NCBI GenBank assembly: GCA_963920595.1
Contig: OY986946.1
Coordinates: 620,001-684,000 of the forward strand
Origin: Eimeria praecox
Taxonomy: Eukaryota
Length of the DNA stretch: 64,000 nt
Reading direction: 5' to 3'
In this document: one piece after another, positions 1 to 12,804 of the stretch
Numbering within the stretch: the stretch's first letter is position 1
Layout: every line of letters starts with the position of its first letter
Notes under the pieces: generated by a model
Seen by the model: only the letters and a program-made list of their open reading frames with translations
Database searches by the model: none
Told to the model about the DNA's origin: nothing
Made by a program: the position numbers and the translations under genes

Positions 1-900
1 ACAGCAGATGAGGACTCTATTACAACCAGAAGAACTAGGCCTACAACAGCAAATGGGGACTCTGGGACAACCAGGAGGACGAGACCTACTACAGCAGATG
101 AGGACTCTGTGACAACCAGAAGAACCAGGCCTACAACAGCAGATGAGGACTCTATGACAACCAGAAGGACGAGGCCTACAACAGCAGATGAGGACTCTGG
201 GACAACCAGGAGGACGAGGCCTACAACAGCAGATGAGGACTCTGTGACAACCAGAAGAACTAGGCCTACAACAGCAAATGGGGACTCTGTGACAACCAGA
301 AGGACGAGGCCTACAACTGCAGATGAGGACTCTATTACAACCAGAAGAACTAGGCCTACAACAGCAAATGGGGACTCTATGACAACCAGGAGGACGAGAC
401 CTACAACAGCAGATGGGGACTCTGTGACAACCAGAAGAACTAGGCCTACAACAGCAGATGAGGACTCTATGGCAACCAGAAGGACGAGGCCTACTACAGC
501 AGATGAGGACTCTATTACAACCAGAAGAACTAGGCCTACTACAGCAGATGAGGACTCTGTGACAACCAGGAGGACGAGACCTACAGCAGTAGATGGGGAC
601 TCTGTGACAACCAGAAGAACGAGGCCTACAACAGCAGATGAGGACTCTGTGACAAGCAGACCTGCTACAACGAATGCGGACTCTGTGGCAACCAGAAGAA
701 CTAGGCCTACTACAATAGCAGGCGAGGAGTCTATTACAACCAGAAGGACGAGGCCTACAACTGCAGATGAGGACTCTATTACAACCAGAAGAACTAGGCC
801 TACTACAACAGATGAGGACTCTATGACAACCAGAAGAACTAGGCCTACAACAGCAAATGGGGACTCTGTGACAACCAGGAGGATACGGACACCAACAGCC
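1..900 (+). repeat. Coding minisatellite, 45-bp unit encoding ~TTRRTRPTTADEDSV
   Basis: About 20 near-identical 45-nt units (acaaccagaagaactaggcctacaacagcagatgaggactct...) read directly from the sequence. Confidence 0.95.
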
Positions 901-3690
901 TCACCAGATGGAGAATCTGTCACAAGCAGAAGGGCAAGACCACCGTCAAGCCCATTGAATGAAGAATCTTCCACAGGCAAGGTTACACAAACCACCACTC
1001 AGACGGATGAGCCCTCAACCACGAGCAGACGAACCAGAACTGTCGCAGCAACACTTACAAGGCCAACTGCAACACCAGCAGGCGAGACCGCTGGAGTCAC
1101 AAGCCCAAGAACACGAGCTGCAACGCCGGTTTCTGATGAGGGTGGCGCCATAGAGAGGCGAACGCAACCAGCTGCACAGTCGTCCAGCAATGGCTTAGTG
1201 ACAAGCAGAAGGCCTCAAAGAGTCCCATTGACAACAAATGAGGACGCTGCTACATATCCGACGACACAGCTTACAACCCCGCCCCCGCATTCTAGGTCTG
1301 CAGGTAGCCGTGCCGGGTTAGAGCATACAACCATTTCAGTCATGCGGAGATCTGGAAATAGTGAACAACCGAGTGCAGCTCCAATGGCTAATGAGTCATC
1401 CTCAGTTGCAACGCGAACGCAGGTTCCACCTAGGGCCTCGGCTACCGATGATTCTCTGATTACAGCCGTTGTTTCTACAGCTAGCACCTCCACATCACCC
1501 GGGATATCTGAAGCCCCAACAACATCCAGTGGCACAAGTAAAGGTGTTGCAACCGCTCGCAGGTCAAGGCGCAGCACAGCTGCAGCAACTGATGCTGCTG
1601 CTCCAACGTCTTCGATTCGAGACGGGCTGCAAAACGCATCCGCCTTCTCTGGCGACGAGGAGCATGTGATGGAGGAATCTTCAGTTGAGGCTGAGGAAGG
1701 GACTTCCCAAAGAAGTCGTTCATTTGGGCCGGGAACCACGCGAAGTCCCAGTCAAGGAGGACCGCTTGCTTCTCGGCTGCCACGCTCAACTCCTGCGACG
1801 TCTGAAGAACAACAAGTGGAGGGGACTCAGGTCAGCACGACTGCACCGGGCTTCTCCGCTGGAATAACCACCGCCTTTACCTGGGGGAACTCGAGAGGTG
1901 AGATTATCAGCAGCAGGGGCAGGGTTTTCCGAGGGTCTGAATTTGCTAGTGAGGAGGCTGACGGACCTAGAGAAGAGAATACTTGCACACTCGGCCACTG
2001 TCCTTCCCCTGACTTCCTTGGGACAGCAGCGACGCCAAGGACAGCAGGACGACCATCGGGGCAGCACCAGGACGACGACCCCGGCAGTTACATGGGAGAG
2101 TTGTTGAGCAACGGCATGAATGGTGAAAAGGACCTTCATATGGGGGTTTTGCAGCCAGAACACTTCGTGCTTGACTCGGATGATAGTGGTAAGCCAAGCT
2201 ACTCAGTTGCATATACTTTGAACGCACCCTCCTCCACACCCGTGGTTTTGTCTTTAAAGATTTGGCTTGAGGTGGCTCTTTTTGTCTGCAGACTTCCCGA
2301 AATTCATACACGGAATCATTCCTGAACATTCGCGAGAGAGTCCGAAGTTGGATGCCAGTTTGCACGGAAACTTGTCGTCTCGTCGGCTTGGCGAGAGGCC
2401 ATCAGCTCAGGAGGCTGGGACACCGAGAGCCGCAGGTAGAAGGGAAGCCTCTGGAGGGGCTGAAAAAAAGCCTTCAGAGGCAAAAGAATCCAAGCCAGAG
2501 GCGAAGGCTGAAGGGAAGAAAGCGGGCAAAGACGAGGAAGAAGATCCATTTGAGGAGTATCCCGACCACTGTGGAGATATAGCAACTTTCATCGAAGGCC
2601 GTCAAGTCGTGGAATGGGTGAGTGTAGTTTTCGTTTTGTTCTCAGTTAGTTTAAGCTGCATCTGATGGTGCTTCCTGTGTGTGGAAATGACTGGGTGCAA
2701 CGCACTTATAGGTATAGCGAACACAACTCAGTTTTGTTCACCCTAACTTTTGGTGCATATGGTGTGTTCGCCTTTCAGGATATTCCAATCTTCAACGGGA
2801 TTGTTCATGTGCTTGGGTCTTCTGTTTTGAGGCCCGACATCGAGGCTATTGCCACCGAGATTGCGTTCTGGCAGTGCACTCACCAGTTCTGTTTTGAGTG
2901 CCCTTTCTTGACCCCTTTCCTACTCAAGTTCCTGGATAAAATTGGAATAATAACAGGGAAAAACCCCTTCGAGTTCATGCCTCCACCAGGCGTTCGCCCA
3001 GATTGGGTTAGCCCAGAAATGCTACCCCTGTTTCTCTTTGCAAAATAGTCTTTTCTGGACTTTGCTGAAGTATTTCAGCTTTACGATTACTCTTGTATGA
3101 ATACTTGCTCTTTGCAATCAACTGTTCTCTTCAGGTTTGCAGGGGTGCTTTCGACTACTACCCAGCAGGATGGACGAAGCAGAGTTGGCTTAAATATCTC
3201 GAGACGATGCATTCAAGTGACAAGAGAATCATGAAGAAAAACGCAGAACTAGTGGCCAGGGCGGCCCACGAACGCCACCAGATCGCCCTGCTTTATGAGA
3301 GTGTTCGGTGAGCCATCACGGCTTGCTTTTTGTAGCCTGCGGCAAATCCTAAACTTTTAAAAACAGAGTTATTTAGAGTGCCTCTGCTTGTCGACAAGTG
3401 CTCTGCTTCACAGATTTCGTATACACATGGGAGTCGGATTTTGTGCTCTATTGCTTTGGGTTGAACCATTGCCATCACGTTACTTCTGCAGGTTGCAGTC
3501 AATTGAGGCAAGAAGAAGGTATGACCCTCTCCGCCCCATTAGCGACCCGTTCTACGACCCTCAATACAAAAACATGAAGAAGTCATATGACGAAAAACAT
3601 TTTGAATGCAAAGGCGAAGTGGTCAACAGAGAGATGACCCACAAACAAATGCACAAAGTACTACCGGCAGTTTATCCTTGGAAGGGATAG
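1..3690 (+). CDS. 3' part of a spliced Thr/Arg/Ser-rich repeat (mucin-like) protein; exons <1-2188, 2292-2617, 2779-3006, 3135-3307, 3492-3690
   Basis: The frame is open from base 1. Four GT..AG introns (gtaagc/tgcag, gtgagt/ttcag, gttagc/ttcag, gtgagc/tgcag) join the consecutive ORFs in frame (phases 1, 0, 0, 2) to the stop at 3690. The C-terminal part contains DIPIFNGIVHVL, resembling a fasciclin H2 motif. The start codon lies outside the window. Confidence 0.8.
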
Positions 3691-4132
3691 GAGATCCACA
3701 TAGTAACAGACAGAGGCGCCTTTAGGCAAAACACAGGGTTAAGAAACCCCTAAGCCTCATACACTAGCCCCTAGGCCGTAAATCTTTCATTCCAAATCTT
3801 TTAGGACTCTATACGCACTGCTTTGGGGGGCTAGGCGCAAGCATCCGTTGCCTCTTGAGGGAAGGGCGCGAACAACATGCATGACAGCTCTGTCCCGGCT
3901 GTCGAGCACTAGCGCGAGTGGGCGCTTGTTGTGTTCTTCTGGGTGGAAAACTCTCTTTAATTTAGGTGTTTTAGTTGATCAGACGTATGGACAGATTTAA
4001 GTTTGCATCCACGTGGGCCTTGCGGATTACAGAGTGATGCCGCCGCATCATTCACAAATGTCACAAATCTCAGCCCCTGAAATGTGATGCCATGCAAGAA
4101 TACCTAGAACAACAACTACGCGTTACAACCAG

Positions 4133-4220
4133 TGTGGCCCCTGCATGGTAGCATCTATACCAAATATACACTATGTGGCCCCTGCATGGTAGCATCTATG
4201 CCAAATATACACTAAGTGGC
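4133..4220. repeat. 41-bp tandem duplication
   Basis: tgtggcccctgcatggtagcatctat(a/g)ccaaatatacacta occurs at 4133 and 4174. Confidence 0.9.
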
Positions 4221-5138
4221 GAATTGAGCTGCACGTGAACGCAACGTTTGCCTGCACCACCGAAGCGCCCGTTTAAGCCCTCGTAGGCATGCTAAAGAGC
4301 AGTTATGAAGAGTTTGTTTTAACCTGGGAGAGATCTAATGTGGAAGCTCTATTGCATCCTCTGCTGAGGTCACCTGTTTGGTTCGGCCTGCCTGTGCCTG
4401 CAAGGCGGGCGTGAAACATAGCCATTGCACCTGATGAACAAGCAGTATCTGAAGGAGAATATCCCCAGTCTCAAAAGTGAATCAAGAACACTTGAAGAAT
4501 GTGCATCCAGCTTTAGAAGTTTATCAAACCCTAGGCACTCCTTGGCATTCCCATGCCTGACGCACCACCCACGGGATGTGCTACCAACTCACGATCAACT
4601 ATAAACTTTAATCAGATAGGAGAACCTACGAATATTAATGCACGAAACATTTTTTCCCCTGCAATAGTGGCGGCAAACAGATGGGCCCAGCAGTGCAGAG
4701 AACGCGCCTTCTTCCTAAGCAACTCCATGAGCTGCCACGGCCAACTACCGAACTTCTACAGGATATTCGGTATAAACAAAAGAGCTAGACCAATACAGAA
4801 ACAACATAGACAATAAGTGCTTTCACTCTGGTTCAATATTGTGGAAGCATTCCCCTTCCTCCCCTGACGTGGGTATCAGTAGTTTGCTTGTGGGGCATTG
4901 CCCCACTGGGGTGGCAGGACAGCTGGCAGATAGAGTGACTCGAACCGCCTTTATATCAAAGCTACACAGTTTATATTAGATATTTTCGTGTTTTCAATAC
5001 CAAATTTGGCTATAATATATGGTTATAAAGTAAAAAAAATACAGAAGGCAGCGTGTAGGTTGGTGCTGCTCGCCTTTGGACACCTATGCGCGGTTGCAAC
5101 AGTAAAGGGGGTGGGGCTTGGAAAGGCTATTAACAATC

Positions 5139-5346
5139 GTCGACTGTACTCGAACGGGATCACTTCTATAGGAGATCTGCACGTTCGCCGCTACATCGAC
5201 AGACAACACCACAAGTCGTGATGATGAGATAGGCGTCCTGCCGAAATTGAAGGGAGGCCCCGGACCTGCAAGGTACGGCGGCTTTGATGATCAAGGAAGT
5301 CGGGCGAAAGCTCCACTTCCATCGGCGTGGACGGGTCTGAGCGACA
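5139..5346 (+). ncRNA. U3: U3 snoRNA (box C/D, SSU processome)
   Basis: The 5' end GTCGACTGTACTCGAACGGGATCACTTCTATAGG matches the U3 GAC box/box A'/box A pattern. It is followed by box C' (GATGA ~5220), box C TGATGA (5285) and box D GGTCTGA (ending 5340), with a GTCG/CGAC terminal stem. Length is ~207 nt. Confidence 0.85.
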
Positions 5347-6898
5347 TTAGAAAAGCAAATAATGCACTTGTGTTTAGCTTTAGAATTTAGTTTTCATTAC
5401 TTAGTTTTATTCTGCTTTCTGTGTGGATGTTTAGTGATAAGTGTTTTTGTGATGCTGCGTCCGTTTCGGCGGAATCGATGAGTTCCTGATCCCGAAGCCT
5501 ATGCTGAGGAGTGCGGTCAGTACTAAGGGGCTTGATGGTCCTTTTTTGTGTATTCTTTTTGTTTCGGGCATTTTATCAGAAGGTTCCCCTAATTAGTTGC
5601 TCAGGCAATCTTGCAACTCTGCTATATATATGTTCCTTTATACTGCGCATTTTCAAATGCTCCATCCGTTTCGGCGGAATCGATTAGTTGCTGCTTCCGA
5701 AGTTTAGGCTGTTTCCGCTTAGTTAGCCCCACCGTGGGTCAGTCCCGTAGCTTCGATACTGTTTGAAAAGTAGTTGTTGGGTTTGCCCGTAGACGAACGC
5801 ACCTTAAGATTCAGCTGCTGTTGCCAACGGTGGTTGCTTGCAAATAAACTGCCAACAGCAGTCTAGCAGGTCTTAGCTATTCTTAACTGTAATGACAGCA
5901 CTAGCTGGTACGAATTAGCTACGGTTAGCCACGAAGGACCACTGGTCTGAGGGTACTGCTATGCTGCCCTGTCTAGCTGCGAAACCACCATGCAGCTTGT
6001 ATTTGCCTCTACAGCCACAGAGCAATTATTGGGTTGGGTGCACGCTGCACTGATCCCCTGTGGGGCTGCGTAGTCCTGGTGGGCCATCAAGTGGATTCTG
6101 GGTTATAAGTGCTCGTTGCAGATACTATCAGTTTACACGTTCCCTACGGAATAGATGTATGCGCGATTCCGTGCATTTTCTGAGGATGAGCGCTGTAAAC
6201 TAGCATGTTCGATTCTACGCTACCCTCAACATGTTTTATGCCTTAACCTGCTCGTTCCACCCACTGTATCTGCTTCCCTACGAGAATTTTAATAGTAAAC
6301 AGAAGAATTCACGGTGGCAGAGGTTCTAGAAACAACCAAATGTGGAATCGTTTTACAGTAGCTTTACCATTCGTGCAACTGGTGGACAAGCGCCAGCCCT
6401 TGCCGAATGCGTAGTAGGGGAGGTTAAAAGGGCATACAGAAGTATACTTGTACATGGAGTATAGTCATAGACAATATTCAAGTAGAACAACATACGAAGC
6501 ATTAGATCTGATCTCTGCTGCAATATCACACAAGCGATATGCAGGCGGTCCCCAAGAGTTGGTTTACAAACCCAATAATTGTTGTGTTGTTCAGCTAAAC
6601 AGATGGCTGACAACCCAAAGACGAGGCATTTCCCCCTGAAGATCATCCCGCGCCGTAAAAGCAGCAACTGCCGCTGCTCCTACTCTGCTGTATTGCTACT
6701 GCCCCTGCAAGTAAAAAACAATACACAACCGCAATCCATCATACCCTGCAGCAGCCATCAACTGCAACAGCATGTTACGCTTCGCAAGTACAGGCAATGC
6801 CGTAAAAGTAGTACACGTGCTTACATCTGAGCAGCCCCAGGGAAAACCAACAGTTGTGCCTACACCTTATTCGAGTTTAGCAAGTGAACTGTGAATGC

Positions 6899-7733
6899 CT
6901 ACGTGCTCATAATGAGGGAGATATTTTCTCCTTTCAGTAAAATTCTCCCGACAAAAACACGCGTGTTCTTCTTTAATTGAATTTCCTCTGCATCGTCCAA
7001 TACCATATTCATATACTCGTCAAAACCCTGAAAACCGAAGCAAACATGTGACAAACTAATGCGGCAATTCGTTACGTTCATTTTACTGTTTCCTCCAACA
7101 AATAAGCTTGGCTCGAATATCCAAAGCATTCATTGGCATAGCTACCAAGCCTTGCACACAAATACACCTATATATATATATACAGAGAGAGACAGAGAGT
7201 AAGAGGCAGATATAGAGACAGATAGACACAGACAGATATATGCGCAAAAACCGCAAGAGCATAGCAGGGAGAGTATGCATCTTGTATGCTGGCAGTACAT
7301 GAATTCGCCTCGTGCGTAGGCACTAGATATATCTATACACACAAAGCGCAACATCACAGAATGATGTATGCACAGCTTTAGACCTACCATGATACGGCCT
7401 TCAATGCGCAAGTCCGGCTGTTCGTACAGCCAAAGTTGGACCCTACTCTTGTTTGTGAAAAACCTGAATATCAGGTTCTGCAGAAAATAAAATAGGAGCA
7501 ACAGACAGCAGCGCAAGAATCCTTCTAAACCCTCCCCTAATAACGAAGAGCAGCTGCCCGACGTCCCACTTATAAACATGCAGCAAATGCTACTGCCGAC
7601 CCTTCAGCACAGTGGTTTTCGGGTGTTGTTGAGGCCTGTATTTGCGCCTAACTCAAGTACGGGGCATATTCTGCCTTACAATCGGTTGGGTCATAATCTT
7701 TTGGAGTTTCTTGTTGCTCATTTGGTGCGACAT
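6899..7733 (-). CDS. SNRPE: Small nuclear ribonucleoprotein E (Sm-E), 90 aa; exons 7733-7680, 7477-7388, 7027-6899
   Basis: The spliced product [90 protein letters not shown] carries the Sm1/Sm2 motifs of Sm-E. Both introns are phase-0 GT..AG. Confidence 0.95.
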
Positions 7734-8728
7734 TTTCGCGGAAACCTCTGCGGGTGTAGGTAGGGGGGCGCGCCGGCCAAAGGGGAGCTCCTTGAGAAGG
7801 AAGCTGGTAAATCAGTGGGCCGCGGTAGAGCCCTTCTGTCTGCAATGTATTCAATACTAACAATATGAACAACTCAGCACGATGAGCTGCGTCCAAAGTC
7901 TCCAGAGGTGGGAAGGATCTGCTGAAACGAGCGGCGGAGATCTGTCAAGGGAGTTCCCACAATGGCTCCTCTCCAGGATTAAGAAAGAGGATAAATGATG
8001 TCGTATGAAAGCCAATCAACTATACAGATTCAGCAAAACACTCCGCAAAGATATCCAAGAACGAGTGGTAAGGCAACGCCGCATGCAGAGGCGGCGTCCA
8101 CGTTGGGATGGCCAGAGGAAGAGAGGGAGAAGAAGTACAAACAAACCTGGTGGTAATTTCTCCTAAATTTGTAATTATCAACGTAAAAAGGCCCTACAGG
8201 TCTAAAATATACGCTCTCTTCTGCAGAAAGAAAGCCACTGAGAGCGTTGTAGACGAGGGCTTGGTGGGGTGCGCTGCAGAGTAGACGGCGGCCGCCGTTA
8301 CTTGAGATTCATTTAGGGCATTACACAGACATGGAAATTTCTTGCGATTAATTTTTAAGTTAATCAGGAGGACGACGAACTCACAAGGGTCCAACAAAGT
8401 CATAGCAGCGGATTTCTTCTTGAGGCCGGAACCTTTGTGAGCTCAGGCCCTGCTGTGAGCAGTACTGAAATGGAGTGTAGGTACACCTCCTCGCCTAAAC
8501 AACGGGTCTGGCCATAGCGTTCACAGCCTCATTTTATTTAATGCTTCTTTTCCTGCCCGGACTTGCCCTATTCATCTCGCAGGCGATCGTGTGAGAATGC
8601 CCCGTTAGTGCTGGCTTGCGTTGAGGCGTACACGCAGACACCCGCTGGCAGCGGAAAGCAGCAGCGCATCTATCAGTCCCAGGGTCATTTTACACTGTGA
8701 ATAAACCAGCAGACATAAGCCTGCGAAG

Positions 8729-9618
8729 ATGGAGAATTACCTAAACCGCGCGAATGCGGTTTTCTGCTCGCTGATGGTCAGCTTGGGTGTTTTGGCACTC
8801 GCGAACATCGCGTCTTCCTTCTTTCTCGTGGGTCCAATCTCCGGATCAGTTGCCGTGCGAGACGTATACGGCTTCGGATACAACTATGCCTTAAACGTGA
8901 GTCAGCAGCTCATACACTGCGGTCGCCACGATTGTCCTGACGTATTTACCCAACTGCGTGCGTGCACGTGCAGTGCTTTCCCAGTAGTTGGCAAGGCTGC
9001 TAGCGGTAAATGAAGTGGGGCTGAGTGGCCCTATTCCGTGTATCTGGCTGCTACTTTATCGCTTCGTAGAGTCATGATGGGCAGACCTGTCCCTGTGCGC
9101 TTAGTTAGGGGGTGTCTTGCTGCAATGCATGCAATAGGGGTGTTTATGTGTTTCGTTGTTGATCGATGCTGCGGCTTCTTCTTCAGGGGGACCAGGCTGT
9201 GCTCTCCCTGGACATAGAGGCAGATCTACGGGGTCTTTTTCAGTGGAACGCGAAGCAGCTGTTTGTGTTTGTGGTCGCGGAGTACGAGAGCCCGCAGCAC
9301 CCGTCAAACCAAGTAGTCGTGTTCGATAGGATTATCACGGACGAAAGCGCAGCGGTCCTCAATTTAGTCAATGTTCCTGCGAAGTATCATCTCAGAGACA
9401 AAGGAAAGGGGTTAAGAGGAAGAGAAGTAACTCTGAAACTGCAAGTTGTCTATCACCCCATCGTCGGTCGTATATACACCCAGACAGTCGCCTCATCCAC
9501 TTTCCGCATGCCAACGCAGTACGATCGCGTTTCCCAACAAAAGCAGCAGGAGCAGCAGCGGCAGCAGGCCAGGGAAGCTGCAGCAGCTGCAGCAGCAAGG
9601 CCGGAAGATCTCCAGTAG
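8729..9618 (+). CDS. SPCS3: Signal peptidase complex subunit 3 (SPC22/23); exons 8729-8896, 9187-9618
   Basis: The N-terminus MENYLNRANAVF is followed by a TM segment. Family motifs are ADLRGLFQWNAKQLFVFVVAEY, NQVVVFDRII and KYHLRDKG. The intron is phase 0, gtgagt..ttcag. Confidence 0.93.
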
Positions 9619-11924
9619 CCTGGCTCTGGCGCATTTGCCATATTTTCATTTTGAACTCTAAGCCCACCAATCTGTATTTTATCTCTACAAGACAAAATGT
9701 GAGCGGTAAAGACCAGGCGTAGCTATACCCCAACATTGCTGTTCAAGAGAGCGTCTCACCTAATCACAAGGCCCGAACCATAAACACTAGAACTACGCTT
9801 GCCCTGCTGATTTAATATAGTGCATGTTCTCCTCAGCAGTAGTAACGAAAGGTTGGATGGGCGAGCGGCAGCACTTAGTTGGGTTCTGTGGCTCTCGAAT
9901 GGCTAGCTGGTTGACGGTCTTATATAGAGACCATGTAAGCTGCAGGCCTGCATGCAGCATTTTGCATTAGGAATGTGCAGAGGTGTAGCGCGTAGCAGTG
10001 AGGAGCTGAGGAATTGAAGCGGCGAAAACAGTTGGCGAAATTTGAACGCCCTCTGGTTATTGCGTAGATCCCCAAGGCAGAGACGGTTCGTGCTGATGTA
10101 GGCTAGATGTGCCAACACGCCTTCCTTGATGTTCCTTATCCCCTTCAACACGAAGTGGTACTGGAACAAAGTTGGCTGCTTTTTACTTTGTCGTTTTTTT
10201 TTCATTTTTGGAAGGGGGGGAGGGGCGGGGGGAGGAGTGGGGGGAATTAGAGGGTCACAGGAGGAACGTACCGGGAGCCAGACTCTCCATTTCAGCAATT
10301 TGCTGCCTCAACGAGCAAAATCGGCGGTAGCGAGGCAAAAGGAGGACAGGGTGGAGACTTTTTCGACAATTTTGAGAACTAGATGGGGGGAAGTATATGT
10401 GCATAAACACAGTGGTATATTCAACAGCTCTGGTTGAGGCGCAGCATCGCCTGCGTATATTAACTGTCGAAGAGTATAATTCTCTCATTTAATTTTCTTT
10501 TTGTAGCCAACAAAGATACAGCAAAATGCGTCCTTCTTCGTTTCTTCGAACGACGGAATTCCTCTTCTTTATATGGGGGCATTAGAAGTGGTGACGATTT
10601 CTATTTCTTCGAAAAACTTTACCCGTCTCTTACAATAAACGCATTAGTTGCTCCTTAAAACATTACGTAGAAAAGTAACCTGCTTTTGCCAAGTGGTTGC
10701 TTCTCTGGTGCGTGTTAGCGGCCCTTTTGGTGCTTCGTCAAGTTTTATGTTAGTTTATATGTGGCATTATTCCTTCTCATTTATGGCCTTATTGGTTGTG
10801 CTGCTGTTAAAATTTGCATTGTTTCAATGGCGGATCGCGGACAAGCAGCCACGGCAGCACGTTCCTAGCCCACGCTGGAGAGCGTCGCAAGATGCCGTGC
10901 AGACTTAAAATAAAAGCTCAGCCAAAACATATTCATCATCCCTTACTATCTTCAGGCATCCTGGGCACATGGCCAACAGGGCAGGGGGCCTCTGCGGAGA
11001 GGCAGCCGATTCGGCGTGTTCTTTAAACCATATCTTGGTTTGACTCTTGGCGCACGGCAACCTCTGATGCACCTGTAGCCTGTAGCCAAAGGCAACTTTC
11101 CTGCTTGTAAATACGCTATAGACAATAGTTAAACAGTTGTTTAGCCACATGGAACCATCCTGCACTCAAGTTGACGCGGACATAGTTCGTAATTTCAGAC
11201 CGACAGGCAGCCGTCACTTTTTGCAGCTGTGCCAGTGCAAAGACTCAATGCACAGGCGTTACAGGATTAAGTTGGCTTAACTAAGTTGTTAGCACTAATA
11301 TAGATCAAAATTTGCACCCGGCTTTTCTTCTTTCAGAACTCCACTGAGGCGAGTCGGCGGTGAGAGCGCGGGCGGCGAGAGAGCACCACAACTCCGTGAA
11401 ATCTGTGTTTAAAGGCTTAACACGCTTTATGTAATAATTTAGCAGCTAAAACTGGCATTAGTAGTGAGTTTAGGAACGTTGAGAACCCTCCTTCTGTTAC
11501 TTTAAGACAATACAGAACAGCAGCGGTGGTCCGGTAGCTGTCAGACATGGCTCGAATGCCGGAGCCTTGGCTGTTTGAAAGCTTGGCCGGTGCTTGTCCA
11601 TGTCATCGCCATTCAAGACCGTAAACATAAGTAAAAATGAACTGCATGCTTCTCTCACCTATTAGTTCGACTTGTTTTATCTATTATTTCGGCGTGTTTC
11701 GCATTCTGCCTGGTCGAAAGGAGTTCGCACAACGCAGCAAAGTGACCAGAGAATCGACTTTTCGTTTTGCAGCATTTCACGTAGAAGAGCAATTAAACAC
11801 CTGCACTCGAAACATTCGGCAGCTCACTGTTCGAACATAAACTCCCCAAAGAAGAGGCCTAGTATCTAATTTTTCTCGCCGGCCTCAAATCTCTTTTTGC
11901 GTCTTCGTCTCTCCATTCGTAACA

Positions 11925-12765
11925 ATGGCCTCTTCGGTGGTTCCGGCCGATGCTCGTCAGGCATCTTTGCACGCATATCGGCAGTCTGGACGGTCTGTTC
12001 TAGCTTTTGCTTTTGTTTGTCTTTCGGTGCTTTTATTTGGGCTGGCTGATGATCAGAAACTATGGCTGGTGCCATCCGTTCAAATGGCGGCTGCACGCCA
12101 GTCTAAGCCCTCCCCTAATACGTTGGGCCCAAGCTCCTCAGTAGAGGAGTTAGCTTCCCGTGCACCCGCAGAAAAAGAAGGAGAAGAAGGACGACCTCTA
12201 GGAAGGAGGCGTACAAAGCGCTCACACAGCACAAAGCGCCGCTCGGGGCCTTACGATTGGCCCGTCGAGCCAACTAAGCAACCGGAGCAGCCGCAGGGAT
12301 CGAAAGGAGCGGGTCAGGATGAATTTTCGACCCAGAAAGAAGAAGAAAACCTCGTGAAGTCACATGTTGTAGAAGTTGCAGAAGCCGCAGCATCGCCAGC
12401 GCCAGAGACCGGCGTTCTTCACACGCTTCGAAACCTCTTCTCGCCTCAGGGGCTTTCTAATGCAGAGAAAATGAAGCCCCTGGCTACACAAATATGTGAA
12501 TGGTTCGTTAAAGGAAGGTTTGAAACGCCGCATACAACCAAAATATTATTTCTGTTGGCTGCTGCACACACACCCAAATCTGGAGTACCCGCCCAACTCC
12601 TGCGTTTCGGTGAGCCTTTTTATACTCTTTCTTCAAACAGCGTATCAAGCGTTAAATAGAATTATGCACACGCGAACGCATGTATATATGTACATAGGTG
12701 CGCTTAAGTCAATGCAAACCCACACATCCACATTCCACTCCATGTAAGTAATGCATACGAGCACA

Positions 12766-12804
<39 letters not shown>

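Noticed and set aside
9700..11900. Short ORFs between SPCS3 and the hypothetical gene
   Set aside because: They have no recognisable motifs or consistent splice structure and are likely UTR or intergenic.
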